Source: Octopus sinensis
Lineage: Eukaryota
Length of the DNA stretch: 64,000 nucleotides
Reading direction: 5' to 3'
Assembly: GCF_006345805.1 (NCBI RefSeq)
Contig: NC_043007.1
Span: 61,690,001 to 61,754,000, forward strand
In this document: piece by piece, positions 36,641-49,823 of the stretch
Numbering within the stretch: the stretch's first letter is position 1
How the letters are laid out: each line of letters starts with the position of its first letter
Program-made: the position numbers and the translations under genes
Notes under the pieces: generated by a model
The model's input: only the letters and a program-made list of their open reading frames with translations
The model's database searches: none
What the model was told of the DNA's origin: nothing

Positions 36641-39600
36641 TCATCATCATCATCATCATCATGATCGTTTAATGTCCGTTTTCTGCGCTAGCACGGGTTG
36701 GAATGTTCGACCGGGGTCTGGGAAGCCAGGGGCTGCACCAGGCCAGTCTGATCTGGCAGAGTTTCTACAGCTGGATGCCCTTCCTAACGCCAACCACTCC
36801 GCGAGTGTAGTGGGTGCTTTGTACGTGCCACCTGCACATGTGCCAGGGGGGCCTGGCATCGGCCACGATCGGTTGGAGCTTTTAACGTGTCACCGGCACG
36901 GGAGCCAGCCAAGGCAGCGCTGGCAATGGCCACGTTCGGATGGTGCTTTTTATGTGCCACCGGCACAGCAGACAGTCGGGGCGGCGCTGGCATCGGCCAT
37001 GTTCAGATGGTGCTTTTTATGTGCTACCGGCACAGAAGCCAGTCAAGGCAGCGCTGGCAACGGCCACATTTGGATGGTGTTTTTTATGTGCCACCAGCAC
37101 AGGTATCACAACTACTATTTCCATTGATATTTATTTCGATGTTCATGTTCATGTTCATGTACTTGACTCAACAGGTCTCCTCCAGCACAGTGGGACGTTC
37201 TGGAATCCAGGTTACTTTGAATGGGCAGGGGCTATGCGGAACTGGTGCAGGAAGCAGCCCGGGTCTTTGCAGCATATCTCCAGAGATCTCGGTCCTTCGC
37301 CATTGCCTCAGTGAGGCCCAACGCTCTGAGGTCATGCTTGACTACCTCATCCCATGTCTTCCTGGGTCTACCTCTCCCCCTGATATCTTCAACTGTTTGG
37401 GAGTAGCACTTCTTCACATATCTCTCCTCATCCATCAGTACATGACCATACCATCGCAAGCATCGCTCTTGCACACCACATCTGATGCTTCTTATGTCCA
37501 GCATTTCTCTCAGGGTGCTTACACTCTGTCGTGTGTGCACACTGACATTACACATCCAGCGGATCATGCTAGCTTCATTTCTTTCAAGTCTACGCATGTC
37601 CTCTGCAGTCACAGCCCATGTTTCACTACTGTGAAGCATGGCAGTTCGCACACATGCATCATACACTCTACCTTTCACTCTGAGCGAGAGACCCTTTGTT
37701 GCCAGTAGGGGTAGGAGCTTTCTGAACTTTGCCCAGGCTATTCGTATTCTAGTGGTGATACTCTCTGAGCATCCACCTCCACTACTAACTTGTTCACCCA
37801 GGTAGCGGAAACTATCAACTACTTCTTGTTTCTTCCCCTGGAGTGTGATGGAATCTGTTTTCTGAGTGACTGTGGTGTTTATTGTCCCTGTGCATCTGCT
37901 GCACATGAAAGCTATCTTATCAGTTAATTTCCCTTTGATGTTGCTGCACCTCTTATGCGTTCATAGCTTACATTGGATGCATCTTATGGAGTTTCTACCT
38001 ACACCTTTCATACAGATCGAGCAGGGCCACCTGCCTGAGGGTGTGTGTGCTGAGTTCACCTTTCTGCTTACTATAACTTTGGTCTTTGCTACATTTACTC
38101 TAAGGCCCTTTGATTCTAACCCTTGCTTCCACACCCGAAATTTCTTTTCTAGTTCCGGTAGTGATTCTGCTATGAGAGCCAGGTCATCAGCATAGAGGAG
38201 CTCCCAGGGGCATCTTGTTTTGAATTGCTCTGTTATTGCCTGGAGGACTATGATGAATAAAAGGGGGCTGAGGGCTGAGCCTTGGTGTACACCTACTTCT
38301 ACTCGGAATTCTTCACTATATTCGTTGCCAATCCTAACCTTGCTGACAGCCTCTCTGTATAGAGCCTGTACAGCCCTTATTAGCCATTCGTTAATCTCCA
38401 GTTTCCGCATCGACCACCAGATAAGGGATCGGGGAACCCTGTCAAAGGCTTTCTCCAAGTCCACAAAAGCTATGTAGAGGGGTTTATCTTTAGCTAGGTA
38501 CTTCTCCTGCAATTGTCGGACCAGGAATATAGCATCAGTGGTGCTTCTACCTGGCACAAAACCGAACTGCGTCTCATCTAAGCAAATTCTCTCCCTAATG
38601 AGATGGGTTATGACCCTCTCTGTGACCTTCATCACCTGGTCCAACAGTTTAATACCCCTGTAGTTATTTCTATCTAGAGCATCACCCTTACTCTTGTAGC
38701 AGTTGACTATGGTGCTGCTATGCCAGTCATTGGGTATGACTCCATTATGAACTACCTGGTTTACAATGCGGGTGACTAGGCCATAGCCCACATAGCCAGC
38801 AGTTTTAAGCATCTCAGCAGTGATTTCTGATGGGCCGGGGGCTTTACCTGGTTTCATATCTTTAATTGCCTTAACTACAAGGGAGCTGTCTATTCGGAGA
38901 GCTGGTCCCTCTACTGGGTCAACATTTGGCAGGCTCTCCTCCTCCCATTCATTCTCCTCATTCAGCAGTCTTTCATAATGGCTTCTCCAAGCCTCTTTCT
39001 TTTCACCAACATTAAGAGCAAGTGCCCCATCATCCATGCGGACACATTTCTCTCCTGTAACATCACTATTTTCTCTCAACACTGTCTGGCAATCCGAAAT
39101 ACCTCAGCTCTTTGGTCCTCACGTCACTGGACATTGGCAAACTTCTTCTTTTCTGCTACATCTTTGGCTATGTATACCTGCCGCCCAGCCTCCCTTTTGG
39201 CTACCTGGTACAGTTCCCTGCTACCCCCATCCCTCCAGGCTTTCCAGGCCTGTCTCTTTGCACTAATGGCTTTATCTACTGCACTATTCCACCACCACGT
39301 AACTCTAGGTCTGGAAGGGACTTTGCACCATCCACAGACTTGGTCTGTGGCACTCAGCAAGCTGTCCCATAGGAATTCCCAGCTACCTTCTATGTCCGTC
39401 GTCTGAAGCTCCTCCTCCCTCTCATCAAATTTCTTGATGAGGATGTCCCTAAATCTCTGACCATGTGAAGGGTTCTTTAGCTTCCAAATCCTTCTTTCCT
39501 GGATTGGTTTGTTTCTTGGAGTCCTTCTGGCCTCAAGCTTAAAGTCACTGATGATTAGCCTATGCTGAGGGATACATTCTTCACCCAGGAGGGTCTTTGT

Positions 39601-39715
39601 ATTTAAGAGCAACCCTGCATCCCGCTGTCTGGTGAGGATGAAGTCTATTTGGCTAGCAGAGTCTCCTGACTGATAGGTTATAAGGTGGAAGTCAGGCTTC
39701 CTGAAGTTATGGGCC
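36641..39715 (-). mobile_element. RTE-clade LINE, 5'-truncated and frameshifted (APE C-terminus, RT, 3' UTR, (GAT)n tail)
   Basis: ORFs 39124-39960 (NFRKP..SQIDFIL..QHRLIISDF), 37961-39082 (NYRGIKLL, FVDLEKAFDRV, GVHQGSALSPLLF, YADD) and 37232-37906. Tail (TCA)n at 36641-60. Confidence 0.93.
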
Positions 39716-39724
39716 ACATGGAGA

Positions 39725-40130
39725 CGAGTTCCTTTCGAGCCTTGGGCCTCACGGAAGAAAGTTCCCTTCCAAGTGTTGGGCCTCACCGAGGCAAAGTGGT
39801 TGAGTTCTTTTTGAGTGTTGGGCCTCTTGGAGGCAATAACTGAGACATTTGGCATTATGTTGTGCTTGAGAAGAAGACCCATCAAGCTGAGCAAAATCGC
39901 AGTTGTGACAGATACCGGTGTCATGCAAATAGCACCCATACCAGTGGTGAGTAAAAGCACTCATTACACTCACAGAGCGGTTGGCATTAGGAAGGGCATC
40001 CAGCTATAGAAACCATGCCAAATCAGACTGGAGTTTGGTGCAGCCTTCCAGCTTGCCAGCCCTGGTCAAACCATCCAACTGATGCCAGCATGGACAATGG
40101 ACATTAAATGACGATGATGATGATGATGTT
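39725..40130 (+). mobile_element. RTE 3'-end-derived short element, head-to-head with the long RTE
   Basis: Encodes decayed LGLTEA..W.Y.VLEKT, then the shared 3' UTR and (GAT)n at about 40110-40128. Confidence 0.75.
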
Positions 40131-40131
40131 G

Positions 40132-40171
<40 letters not shown>

Positions 40172-42284
40172 GTATACACACATACACACACACATATATA
40201 CACACAATTATTTATCATAATTTTTATTCTGCTCTGTATGACGATATGGATTGGATGGGTCATTACAGTCCTAGCCTCCACCCATTGGCGGGTTGTGGTG
40301 TCAACATTAAAGTAATTGAATAACCTTATATTTTCTCAATTCATTTAGTCGACTACTTTTACAGGGTAAACAGAAGATGTAGTGGAGTGGGTGCCCTGTA
40401 CACAGTAAATATAAATTTTGGAGAGAGAACAATGTTTACAGAAAAGGCAGAAATATGCATTTGAAAGGTGTGGATAGTTGAGTAAAGGTATCTCTTATTA
40501 TAAAAGGCAGATTTTATTAATAATAAAGAGTACTTAATAAATTAGAGCATGTACATTTGCACAGATAACTGAGATGGGGAATTGGAGAGAAAGAAGGTGC
40601 AATGACAATAGAAGGACCAAAATAGGTGGGTAAGTTGAAGGGAATAGAGTATAATGCAAAGAAAGCAGGGATATACAGAGTTGGTTGGTGAGAGGGGTAT
40701 GTGGTTGTAATGGCAAAGGTAATCAATGGTAGAGGTGAGTGATGAGATAAAGGTCACAATATGAAAGAGTCGGTAGGAGTGATTGGCAGTAGCAGAAGTG
40801 AGATAGATATGGATAATGAGTTAAAGGTGAGAGTAGGTGATGGGTGGCAATTGTAGTAATTCAAAGGAAAGAGTGTGCTGGCTGGCTGCATAGCATGATG
40901 AAGTCAGTGCAACAGGATAGGAATGACAGTGACCTAACGCAGTCTCCTGTATATAGGTTTACTGAAGGACTGGTAGATAGAGTGATGGGGAGGGTATGAT
41001 CAGCTTAGGTGGGGAAATGAGAGATGGAGGGTTATGAGTGATAGAGATGGAAGAGAAGCTGGTTAAGCAATGGGTAGATAGGAAGTACATAAGTCAAGAA
41101 TGTAAGATGAGGAAAAGCAAATGAAGGCCTGGCAGAATACAAATATTGCTGCCTCTGAATGCTTGAGTTAGAGTACATATTGTAGTGGGTAGCCAGGTCT
41201 TCTCTAGTGTCATGTAGTACCATGTAGTGCCAATTGGTACTGCCTTTTGTAATCTCTTCTGAGGTTTCAGGTTTGCCATGCAAACATAAATAATTCTGAA
41301 ATTCTATCGACAAGCAAAACCAGAAAAAAAACCCAAAACCATTTGCAGTATTTCTGAGGTCACAACAGATAGTTTAGGAACCCCTAAATCTGAGTACTGG
41401 AGTAGCTGCTTTGGTTCATGTTACATATGCTACATACCAGGTTATCAATGTCAATGTGTATTCTGCTACAACTGTTGAATTTTCTTCTTGAATATGGAAT
41501 ATTAATTTTCTGTTCCAGTTTACTTGATTCACCACACTTCCGTTCTTACTTCCCTATTGCTGTCATTGTTGTTAGGCCTCAACTTAAATCTGATCTAGTA
41601 AGCCTATGATCAAAGTCATTCTGTCTGTGACCATCACCTCTTTTTCTCTCAGAAGTAGTACCAGGCACATGGCTTAATAGTTAGGGTATTTGGTTTGTGA
41701 ATATAAGGTCATGAGTTCAATACCTGGCAATGCATTATGACCTTGAGCAAGACACTTTATTTCATGTTGTTGCAGTCTACTCAGCTTGCAAAAATAAGTA
41801 GTACCTGTATTTCAAAGGGCCGACTTTGTCACATTCTGTTTCACACTGAAGTTTTCCTGAGAACTATAAGGGTATGTGTGTCTGTGGAGTGTTCAGCCAC
41901 TTGCATGTTAATTTCACAAGCAGACTGCTCCATTAATTGGATCAACATTCATCATCATAACTGATGGAGTGCTAGTTAGTACTTCTAGCTATCAAGGACT
42001 ACATTTTACAATGTGTTACTTCTTTTCTTTGAGAAAGTAGATTGTGATTTGAGAAAGATTTGGTTGCTGTTTCATCAAATCAAGCAACAGCATAGAGCTA
42101 CCCCACCACACACACATTTATTCTTACTTCATGGTTGAGTGGTTATTTGAAAAAACTTACTCTAGCTAAGAGAGAACCATCTTATTCAAAGCAAAAAGCA
42201 AAACAGGGGAGAAAATGTATTAGACAAGTTTTGTATTTGTTATATTTTTTAAATGTTGATCTTAATTTTTTTTTTATTATTTAG

Positions 42285-42486
42285 ATACTTTATGTATTAT
42301 CAAGCACTTATCAAACACACCTGTGGGACTTATTGATATGGTGGTCAGCATTAACTTATCAGAAAATTTACTCTCCGCTGAGCAGAAACAGGTGTTTAAT
42401 CCTATGGTTATATGTATTCACTCGGTGAATGATATGCCAGGTAAAGACTCTTCAGAAGGAGTAACTTATGAACAACTGAAGGAGAA
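42285..42486 (+). CDS. CFAP92: CFAP92-like exon 8 (DTLCIIKHL...EQKQVFNPMVICIHSVNDMP...YEQLKEK)
   Basis: Poly-T tract plus ttag acceptor, gtaaga donor, 202 nt, phase 1 to 2. Confidence 0.9.
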
Positions 42487-42899
42487 GTAAGATATACATT
42501 GATATTTCCTGGTTCTAAACATCTTTTGGAACTTTTAATTCTTTTTTAAATTTGCTGTTTTTCTTTCAAAGTATACAAGATTTTAGAAGGTAATATTTAA
42601 TTATGTTTCAGTATAACTCCATAGTTTAGAATCTGAGTACTTGAACAGCTCTGTATGTGTGTGTATGTGTTTATGTGTGTGTGTATATGCATGTGTGTGT
42701 CTTGTGTATCTGTCTACACACACACACATTAGTGTTTGTTTTTTTTTGTCAAGTTATGTATAAAAAAATTTAACATTTAACTGAAAAATTATTCAATGTT
42801 TTTGTGGTTTTTATATTTATCAATTTTTACAAGCATCTGAATAGCTGTGCTCATTAATTCCATTTTGTGTTGTTCCTGCCTAATAAATAATGTGCGTGC

Positions 42900-42945
<46 letters not shown>

Positions 42946-43116
42946 ACGAAAAGCTGAAGATATGTTAAAGAGTTTCATAATGAATATTTTTAAAATGTGG
43001 CACTTCTTGTACTTAATGGTGCATTAAATAAGACGTCGAATAATTTTGAGGACTTTACTCATATTGTCAAGGTCATATTTAAAATCAAAAATAGCACAGG
43101 TAAGAAATTGAGACAT

Positions 43117-43300
43117 AGGCGTAGGAGTGGCTGTGTGGGAAGTAGCTTGGTTACCAACCACATAGTTCCAGGTTCAGTCCCACTGTGTGGCACCTTGGGC
43201 AAGTGTCTTCTACTATAGACTTCGGCAGACCAAAGCCTTGTGAGTGGATTTGGTAGAAGGAAACTGAAAGAAGCCCGTCGTATATATGTATATGTGTGTA

Positions 43301-43365
<65 letters not shown>

Positions 43366-43567
43366 CTGTGTTTGTCACCCCAACATCACTTGACAACCGA
43401 TGCTGGTGTGTTTACATCCCCGTAACTTAGCAGTTCGGCAAAAGAGATTGATATAATGAGTACTAGGCTTACAAAGAATAAGTCCTGGGGTCGATTTGCT
43501 TGGCTAAAGGAGGTGCTACAGCATGGCCACAGTGAGATGACTGAAACAAGTAAAAGAGTAAAGAGTA
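43117..43567 (+). mobile_element. tRNA-derived SINE family A, representative copy, with an internal CA/TA microsatellite
   Basis: A-box TGGCTGTGTGG, B-box GGTTCAGTCCC, CCTTGGGCAAGTG motif, GTAAAAGA-repeat tail. More than 12 copies, e.g. near 2500, 7580, 9310, 9900, 19160, 21260, 22200, 28230, 29460, 45220, 50910 and 60745. Confidence 0.85.
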
Positions 43568-43964
43568 ATCATAACAAATCTGATAGAAAACCAAAAGTCC
43601 ATACATAACTGCCTTAAATATCTTAAAAGAAATGAAAGACTTGAATGGACAAAAGATTTGGGGAAATAATCTTTGTAAGTCCAACCCATGCCAGCATGGA
43701 AAACAGACGTTAGAGGTTGATGATGACGACGACGACGATGAATAAATTATTGAATATCAAAAGAGATGCTCAAAACATCACATAAAACAGTCTTTGAGTG
43801 CTTATTTTTCGAATTACCACCTTGCATGAAGAAAAGTTTCAGATATTTGGAAAACTATAATGAGAAGCTCATTATAATTTTCCTGAAAAAGTATCAAATG
43901 ATTATTACGGTTTATCCATTGTTAAAGTGTCTCTGTATCAATATCCTATTTTTATCTACTTCAG

Positions 43965-44077
43965 GTGTCAACCAGTTTATGTAAAATATGAATTCATGAA
44001 GTATCCTCCATACAGAACCCCTGCCAAATCACAACAAAAAAGCATATATTTTAATGATGTGAATGTAATATTGACAG
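43965..44077 (+). CDS. CFAP92: CFAP92-like exon 9 (CQPVYVKYEFMKYPPYRT...IYFNDVNVILTG)
   Basis: acttcag acceptor, CAG|gtatgt donor, 113 nt, phase 2 to 1. Confidence 0.92.
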
Positions 44078-44745
44078 GTATGTGCAAATATTTTTTTCTT
44101 GAGTCATCTCTAGTCCCATCTGGTCTACAACTGCATATATGCACCTATGGCATAAAGAACATGAGACAGTTATATGGAGGATAATCAGCAGGTTCAATAC
44201 CTTTGATATGCTCTGCATCAGTGTGATCTGGGACCACGGAATTTTCTGTTAGATAATGGTTTGCTGAGTGGGTAGGAGTCAGGGTTGTTTAAATGTGATG
44301 GTTGAGGTGTACATGATGGGTCTTTGTGAAAATCTGTGAGGATGTGTTCAATGGTGAACAACATTTCATTTCATTGCTAAAATTTATATTCAGATTCAGG
44401 CAACTATAAAAAAATTTAACCACAGGTTCTGCATTAAAGATTCTGAAATTAGCAGTAAAATATCTCTACATTAATTGTAATACTATGGTTTCCACCAGGA
44501 AAAAAAAAATCAAGGCCTCAGATTTGGGGAAAGGGATTAAGTCGATTACATCGACCCCAGTGTGTAACTGGTACTTACTTAATCAATCCCGAAAGGATGA
44601 AAGGCAATGTCATCCTCAGTAGAATTTGAACTCAGAATGTAAAGACAGACTTTTACTATTACTATTTATTACTAGTATTAAATATTTAGTAGGGCAATGT
44701 TGTTTATGAAGATTAATGCGTTTGATTTAATCAAACTTCCCACAG

Positions 44746-44907
44746 GTATGTTAGACAAAACTGAATTGAAACAGTACCTTCAAGGACCAAGTTTACTGAT
44801 CGAAGTACATGACCGTGACAGATATGGTGTGCCAAAAGAAAAACGAAACTCACTCTTTGGAACTGAGCGTAATGATGATAAATTCAGTAACATTAGTTAT
44901 ATAAAAA
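44746..44907 (+). CDS. CFAP92: CFAP92-like exon 10 (MLDKTELKQYLQGPSLLIEVHDRDR...FSNISYIK)
   Basis: ttcccacag acceptor, gtaagt donor, 162 nt, phase 1 to 1. Confidence 0.92.
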
Positions 44908-45152
44908 GTAAGTTTCTTACTAACTCTCTCGCTCTCTCTCACACACACATGCAAGTTACATGATGTATATCTTTTTAAGTATATGTTATTATTTTAAAGA
45001 AATTTGATAAAAAATGGAAAAAATATTTGCTTGTGGTACATAGTCAGTAGTGATCCAAATATTTTTCTCAAGCTATCATCAGAACATATGGAAAAGATGA
45101 TATTCTTTCTCCATTCTTTAAATGTTATCTAAACTAGAATTTCTAGAATGTA

Positions 45153-47483
45153 CGAGGTACATTCCAGAAGGTTTGAGACTTTTTCAGGAAAGTCCATTAC
45201 AACAGTCTTACTTTTTTACCCTTTACTCTTTTACTTGTTTCAGTCATTTGACTGTGGCCATGGTGGAGCACTGCCTTTAGTTGAGCAAATCAACCCCAGG
45301 ACTTATTCTTTGTAAGTCTAGTACTTATTCTATTGGTCTCTTTTGCCGAACCGCTAAGTTATGGGGATGTAAACACACCAGCATTGGTTGTCAAGCGATG
45401 TTGAGGGACAAACACAGACACACAAACATACACACACACACATATATATACATATATATGATCGACTTCTTTCAGTTTCCATCTACCAATTCCACTCACA
45501 AGGCTTTGGTCGGCCCAAGGCTATAGTAAAAGACACTTGCCCAAGGTGCCACGCAGTGGGACTGAACCCAGAACCATGTGGTTGGTAAGCAAGCTACTTA
45601 CCTCACAGCCACTCCTATGCCTACTCTTAAATTATTGTAATTTTAGTACTATACATCACATAAGTTGACCTACCAACTTTTGTTATTCTAGATTGAAGGA
45701 TCCAGCTGTAGCAGCAATTTGGACACATCCTTATTTCTTTATTGCCCACAAAGGGCTAAACGTAGAGGGGACAAACAAGGACAGACAAAGGGATTAAGTC
45801 GATTACATCAACCCCAGTGCATAACTCGTACTTAATTTATCGACCCTGAAAGAATGAAAGGCAAAGTCGACTTTGGTGGAATTTGAACTCAGAATGTAAC
45901 GGCAGACGAAATACTACTAAGCATTTTGCCCAGCGTGCTAACATTTCTGCCAGCTCGCCACCTTTCTTTTTGGTTCACCACCACACCCTGCTGGAGCTTC
46001 GTGGAGCTTTAGTTGTTTTCGCTCAATAAACACTCATGATGCCCGATCTGGGAATCAAAACTGTGATCCTATGACTGTGATTCTGCTGCCCTAACCACTG
46101 GGCCATTGTGCCTCCACTTGTCCTGCTAAACACTGCTTGTCACAGCTGAGTAGCTTCTAGAATACGGTTGGGATATGAAGACAACTTAAAGTCTCACTAT
46201 GCAACAAAGCTTTATGTTAAATTGGGCAAAAATACCGTAAATCCTCGAGTATAGTCTGCCCTTGAGTATAATACACAGGGGATTTTTAGGGAGCTGTACC
46301 TCTGAGAAACCTAAACCTTGTGTATAATACGCACCCCTTCTCTAACTTGAGCTAAGGAGGTCTATATAATGTCCTTGGTTTGTAAAAATGTATACAGTAA
46401 CGTCCTTTATTATTATATATATAACATAATGCAAACGTGTAGCTTTTTTGTGCATTTTGTTTGCAGAAAATAAAGAAATAACAGTAATAACGTTTAATAA
46501 ATGTTGCTTACTGCAAGTTAAGGATGATTCTTTTATGACTTCATTGCTTTCAGGCTTAGCTTAAGGTATTTTCACAAAATGCATCTGAATAAACATTGCC
46601 AGACAGCAAATAGAGACTCGGACATTGCTTAGAAAATAATTTTCATTTTTAACCTCTTATATAGTACGCAATAGGGATTTTGACCTTTAAGTTTTGGGGA
46701 AAAAATGCGGATTATACTCAAGGATTTATGGTACTACAGAAACTTATGAAACATTCCAGACTGCTTATAGATTAACTTGTATGAACCAAGCATCTGGTTT
46801 TTACTGGCAGAAGAGGCCAAGCAAAGCAAGTTCGCCAGGGTACTCATGATGATTCCTGGTTTTGATAGCAAGGGCATCATTTACATTCATTGGATTCCCT
46901 CTGGTCAGACAGGGGTCGATAGTACCAGTTACACACTGGGATTGATGTAATCGACTTAATCCCTTCCCCCAAATTTAAGGCCTTGTGCTTCCAGTAGAAA
47001 GGATTATTACTATGGTTGGGTTCCAACCAAAGTTGCCCCAGCAAAGTCCACTTGAAACACTTCTCGGTCCATCATCATTGCTTTAATGTCTCGGATACAT
47101 TCCAGGTCAGTGTCTGCAATCAAATTGTTGATGTAAGTGTAACGATGTTTTACTCTTCTTATATCACCATGAAGCAGATTCCACAAGACTAATTTGGATG
47201 TTTCCAGTTCAGGGAGCAAAGTTTGTACTGTAGGTAGCCATCTTTGCTCCTTGTGATTTTTGTTTGTTCCCCAAGATGAATGAAAAAATGAAGGTGGCTG
47301 TGATAAGGGTCCTGGACACCTTCATTTTGGAAGACTTCCATGGAGCCTTCATGAAGAAGTTTGAGCACTACAATAAGTGCATTGAAGTCGGATCTTCCTA
47401 GTTTGAAGGAGATTAGAGTTACTTCTTTGAAATTAATAAATGTGTTTGCTGAAAAAGTCTGAAAACTTCTGGAATGTACCTTG
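45153..47483 (+). mobile_element. Decayed mariner hosting several nested SINEs and a MITE
   Basis: TIRs C(G/A)AGGTACATTCCAGAAG flanked by TA. Relics FDSKGIIYIHWIPSGQT (about 46860) and APCDFCLFPKM (about 47250). Confidence 0.7.
46235..46731. mobile_element. pogo/Tc2-like MITE
   Basis: TA|CCGTAAATCCTCGAGTATA...TATACTCAAGGATTTATGG|TA. Confidence 0.75.
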
Positions 47484-48821
47484 TATTTTATCAAGCAGTG
47501 CTGTTGTTGCTTAGGTCAAGTAAATCCTGATCTAGCAGGCTGGTGATCAAAAAACATTTCAACTGTAGCCATTTACTTTTTTAGGAATATCAAAACTGCT
47601 AATGTATCCTTATTTTTCAAGCTAGTATATGATTTAAGAAAAATTTGGCTATTACAAGTGTTGAATGACCACATAGAGGCTACTTTATTGGCTGGTGTAA
47701 AGAAATGTTGAAGTTAGGAATGTCGATGTTTCTATCGTATAGGCCTTAATTTTTCTCTCTTGACTTAGATAGATATTCATTAACTTAACTAGCATATTAT
47801 TGTATTCTACTGAAATTTATTGACACTATTTCTTCAGTTTCAAGCATTTGGCCGCAAATTAATGCTGCAAATATGTAATATGACTCCCAACAAAATAAAG
47901 CTTGACTATGTAGGATTTGAAATAGTCTGAAAATTTAACTCCTGTATCAAAATCCCTCATATATTTCTCACAGCATTGTAAAATATTATCTTGGGTGTTA
48001 CAAGATCTGCAAAACAGAGGTAAACTCTTATTAAACTCTATACCCCAGCTTGGTTTTGTAAACATTTTATTTCACTTAATAACTTTTGGAAATGTATAAA
48101 TAACACAACATAACATTTGTTCCTCTGAACTTTTACTTATTTTTATGGAAGTTACATCAAGGAAGAGTCAATTTAATTATTTCTTTTTCTTCTTGGTAAT
48201 CTCTCAAGTCCAAGAAAGATGATTCTGCAATTTCTTGTTGAACCCCCTGCTCAAGTGATTTGTTTATTGTGATCAAATGTTTGTGCAGTATGTAAGCTCA
48301 CACCCTAAATCAAATTGACACAGCTTGTATTGGTGCACGGTGTGCCACATCAAATGTTGAAGTGATCACAAAACAGTATGAAATGGAGTGTTTTGCTCAA
48401 GAACACAACACACTGTCTGGTTAAAGAATCAACGCCATGATCTTGCAATTGTGAGTTCCACGTATTAATCACTAGGTCAGGGTGTTGTATTATTTTTGCC
48501 ATTTAAAAACACAGAAAAGATAAAACAGTTAAATTCACTTTTCAATTGTCTTGAGATGTCAGAATTTTCAATAGAAGACCACGATCACAGTTACACTGGA
48601 ACTGTCAATGACCAAGTGATTTTTGAGTGACAAAATTTTTGACTTTTCAAGAAATAAATCACAAGTGAACGTGACTTTCTTTTTGATCAGTATTAAATGT
48701 CTAAAAAAACATTCTTCTACAATGTAACTACTTCACTTTCAACATGCACCTTCAGATAAAATCACTAACTTTTTTATGTATTATAACTATCAAACAGATT
48801 TTTATTTTACAAACCATCTAG

Positions 48822-48992
48822 ATAAAAAGGGACAACCATCTGCAAAAATCTCTAATATATATGGTATTTGCAAGCTCAACCTGTTTGAACTGATGCAAGG
48901 GAAAAAGTACATCTATCGAGAACTACCAATTCTTCACCATAGATCTGAGATTTTCTCCAGTGACAACACAATAGATTCTAATGACTCATTAA
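48822..48992 (+). CDS. CFAP92: CFAP92-like exon 11 (KKGQPSAKISNIYGICKLNLFELMQGKKY...DSNDSL)
   Basis: catctag acceptor. Donor gtaact at 48993 gives the phase 1 needed by exon 12. 171 nt. Confidence 0.8.
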
Positions 48993-49360
48993 GTAACTAT
49001 CCAGTATCCACATACTTTTTCCTTCATAGTTTTTTTTTTTTTTGGCTTCTTTTATTTCTGCTATTAGTTTGTTCTAGTTTTATTGCATTATTTACTGGTG
49101 CAGCAATGCACATTAATTTATCATCATTATTGACCGCCACCCCTCCTCTGCTTCCTCATCATTATTATCATTATTATCATCATAATAATCGCTCTCCTTG
49201 TCAAAGCCAGTCATCATCATTGTCATTTACACCACTACCGTCAGTGTTAAAACGCTGACCTTTGGGTTACATTTTCATCTTAGAGTGGAGATGGAAGTCC
49301 ACTGGTGCTAAATCTGGCAAATAGAGTGGGTGTAGAAGCGATACCATGTTGTTTAGCAAG

Positions 49361-49361
49361 A

Positions 49362-49402
<41 letters not shown>

Positions 49403-49403
49403 A

Positions 49404-49444
<41 letters not shown>

Positions 49445-49529
49445 ACTACTACTACTACTACTACCACTACCACCACCACCACCACCACCACTACCACCAC
49501 CACCACCACCACCACTACCACCACCACCT

Positions 49530-49560
<31 letters not shown>

Positions 49561-49565
49561 GACTG

Positions 49566-49620
<55 letters not shown>
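49361..49620. repeat. Compound trinucleotide repeat (ACT)n/(GCT)n/(ACC)n
   Basis: About 260 bp of in-register triplets, abutting a mariner relic at 49265-49360 (HPLYLPDLAPVDF). Confidence 0.95.
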
Positions 49621-49698
49621 GCAATCACCATCACAATTACCAGCACCACTAGCACTACCACCACTACTAGAATACCTTGTTCTATTTCTGTCTTTCAG

Positions 49699-49823
49699 GT
49701 CTGTTATCCACGCCAAAATATATAGAGTGTAACTCAGTTTTAAAACTCACTATCAAGTTGTCACACGCATTCTTTGACAAAATTGAAACATCACCAAAAA
49801 GATCACCAGTTCCACACAATGTG
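49699..49823 (+). CDS. CFAP92: CFAP92-like exon 12 (LLSTPKYIECNSVLKLTIKLSHAF...PHNV)
   Basis: tctttcag acceptor, gtgagt donor, 125 nt, phase 1 to 0. Confidence 0.88.

Noticed and set aside
36830-37100. Regularly spaced GGCAC..AAAAAGCACC repeats resembling a CRISPR array
   Set aside because: The intervening sequences are similar to each other and sit inside the RTE 3' UTR of a eukaryotic genome.
36672-37708. Plus-strand ORFs of 151-273 aa
   Set aside because: They are antisense to the RTE ORF end and its repetitive 3' UTR.
43117-43200. tRNA-like heads with A and B boxes
   Set aside because: They are SINE heads with no complete cloverleaf, so they were not called as tRNA genes.
49267-49732. 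Long poly-V/S/L/T ORFs
   Set aside because: They are readings of the intronic trinucleotide repeat, not protein.
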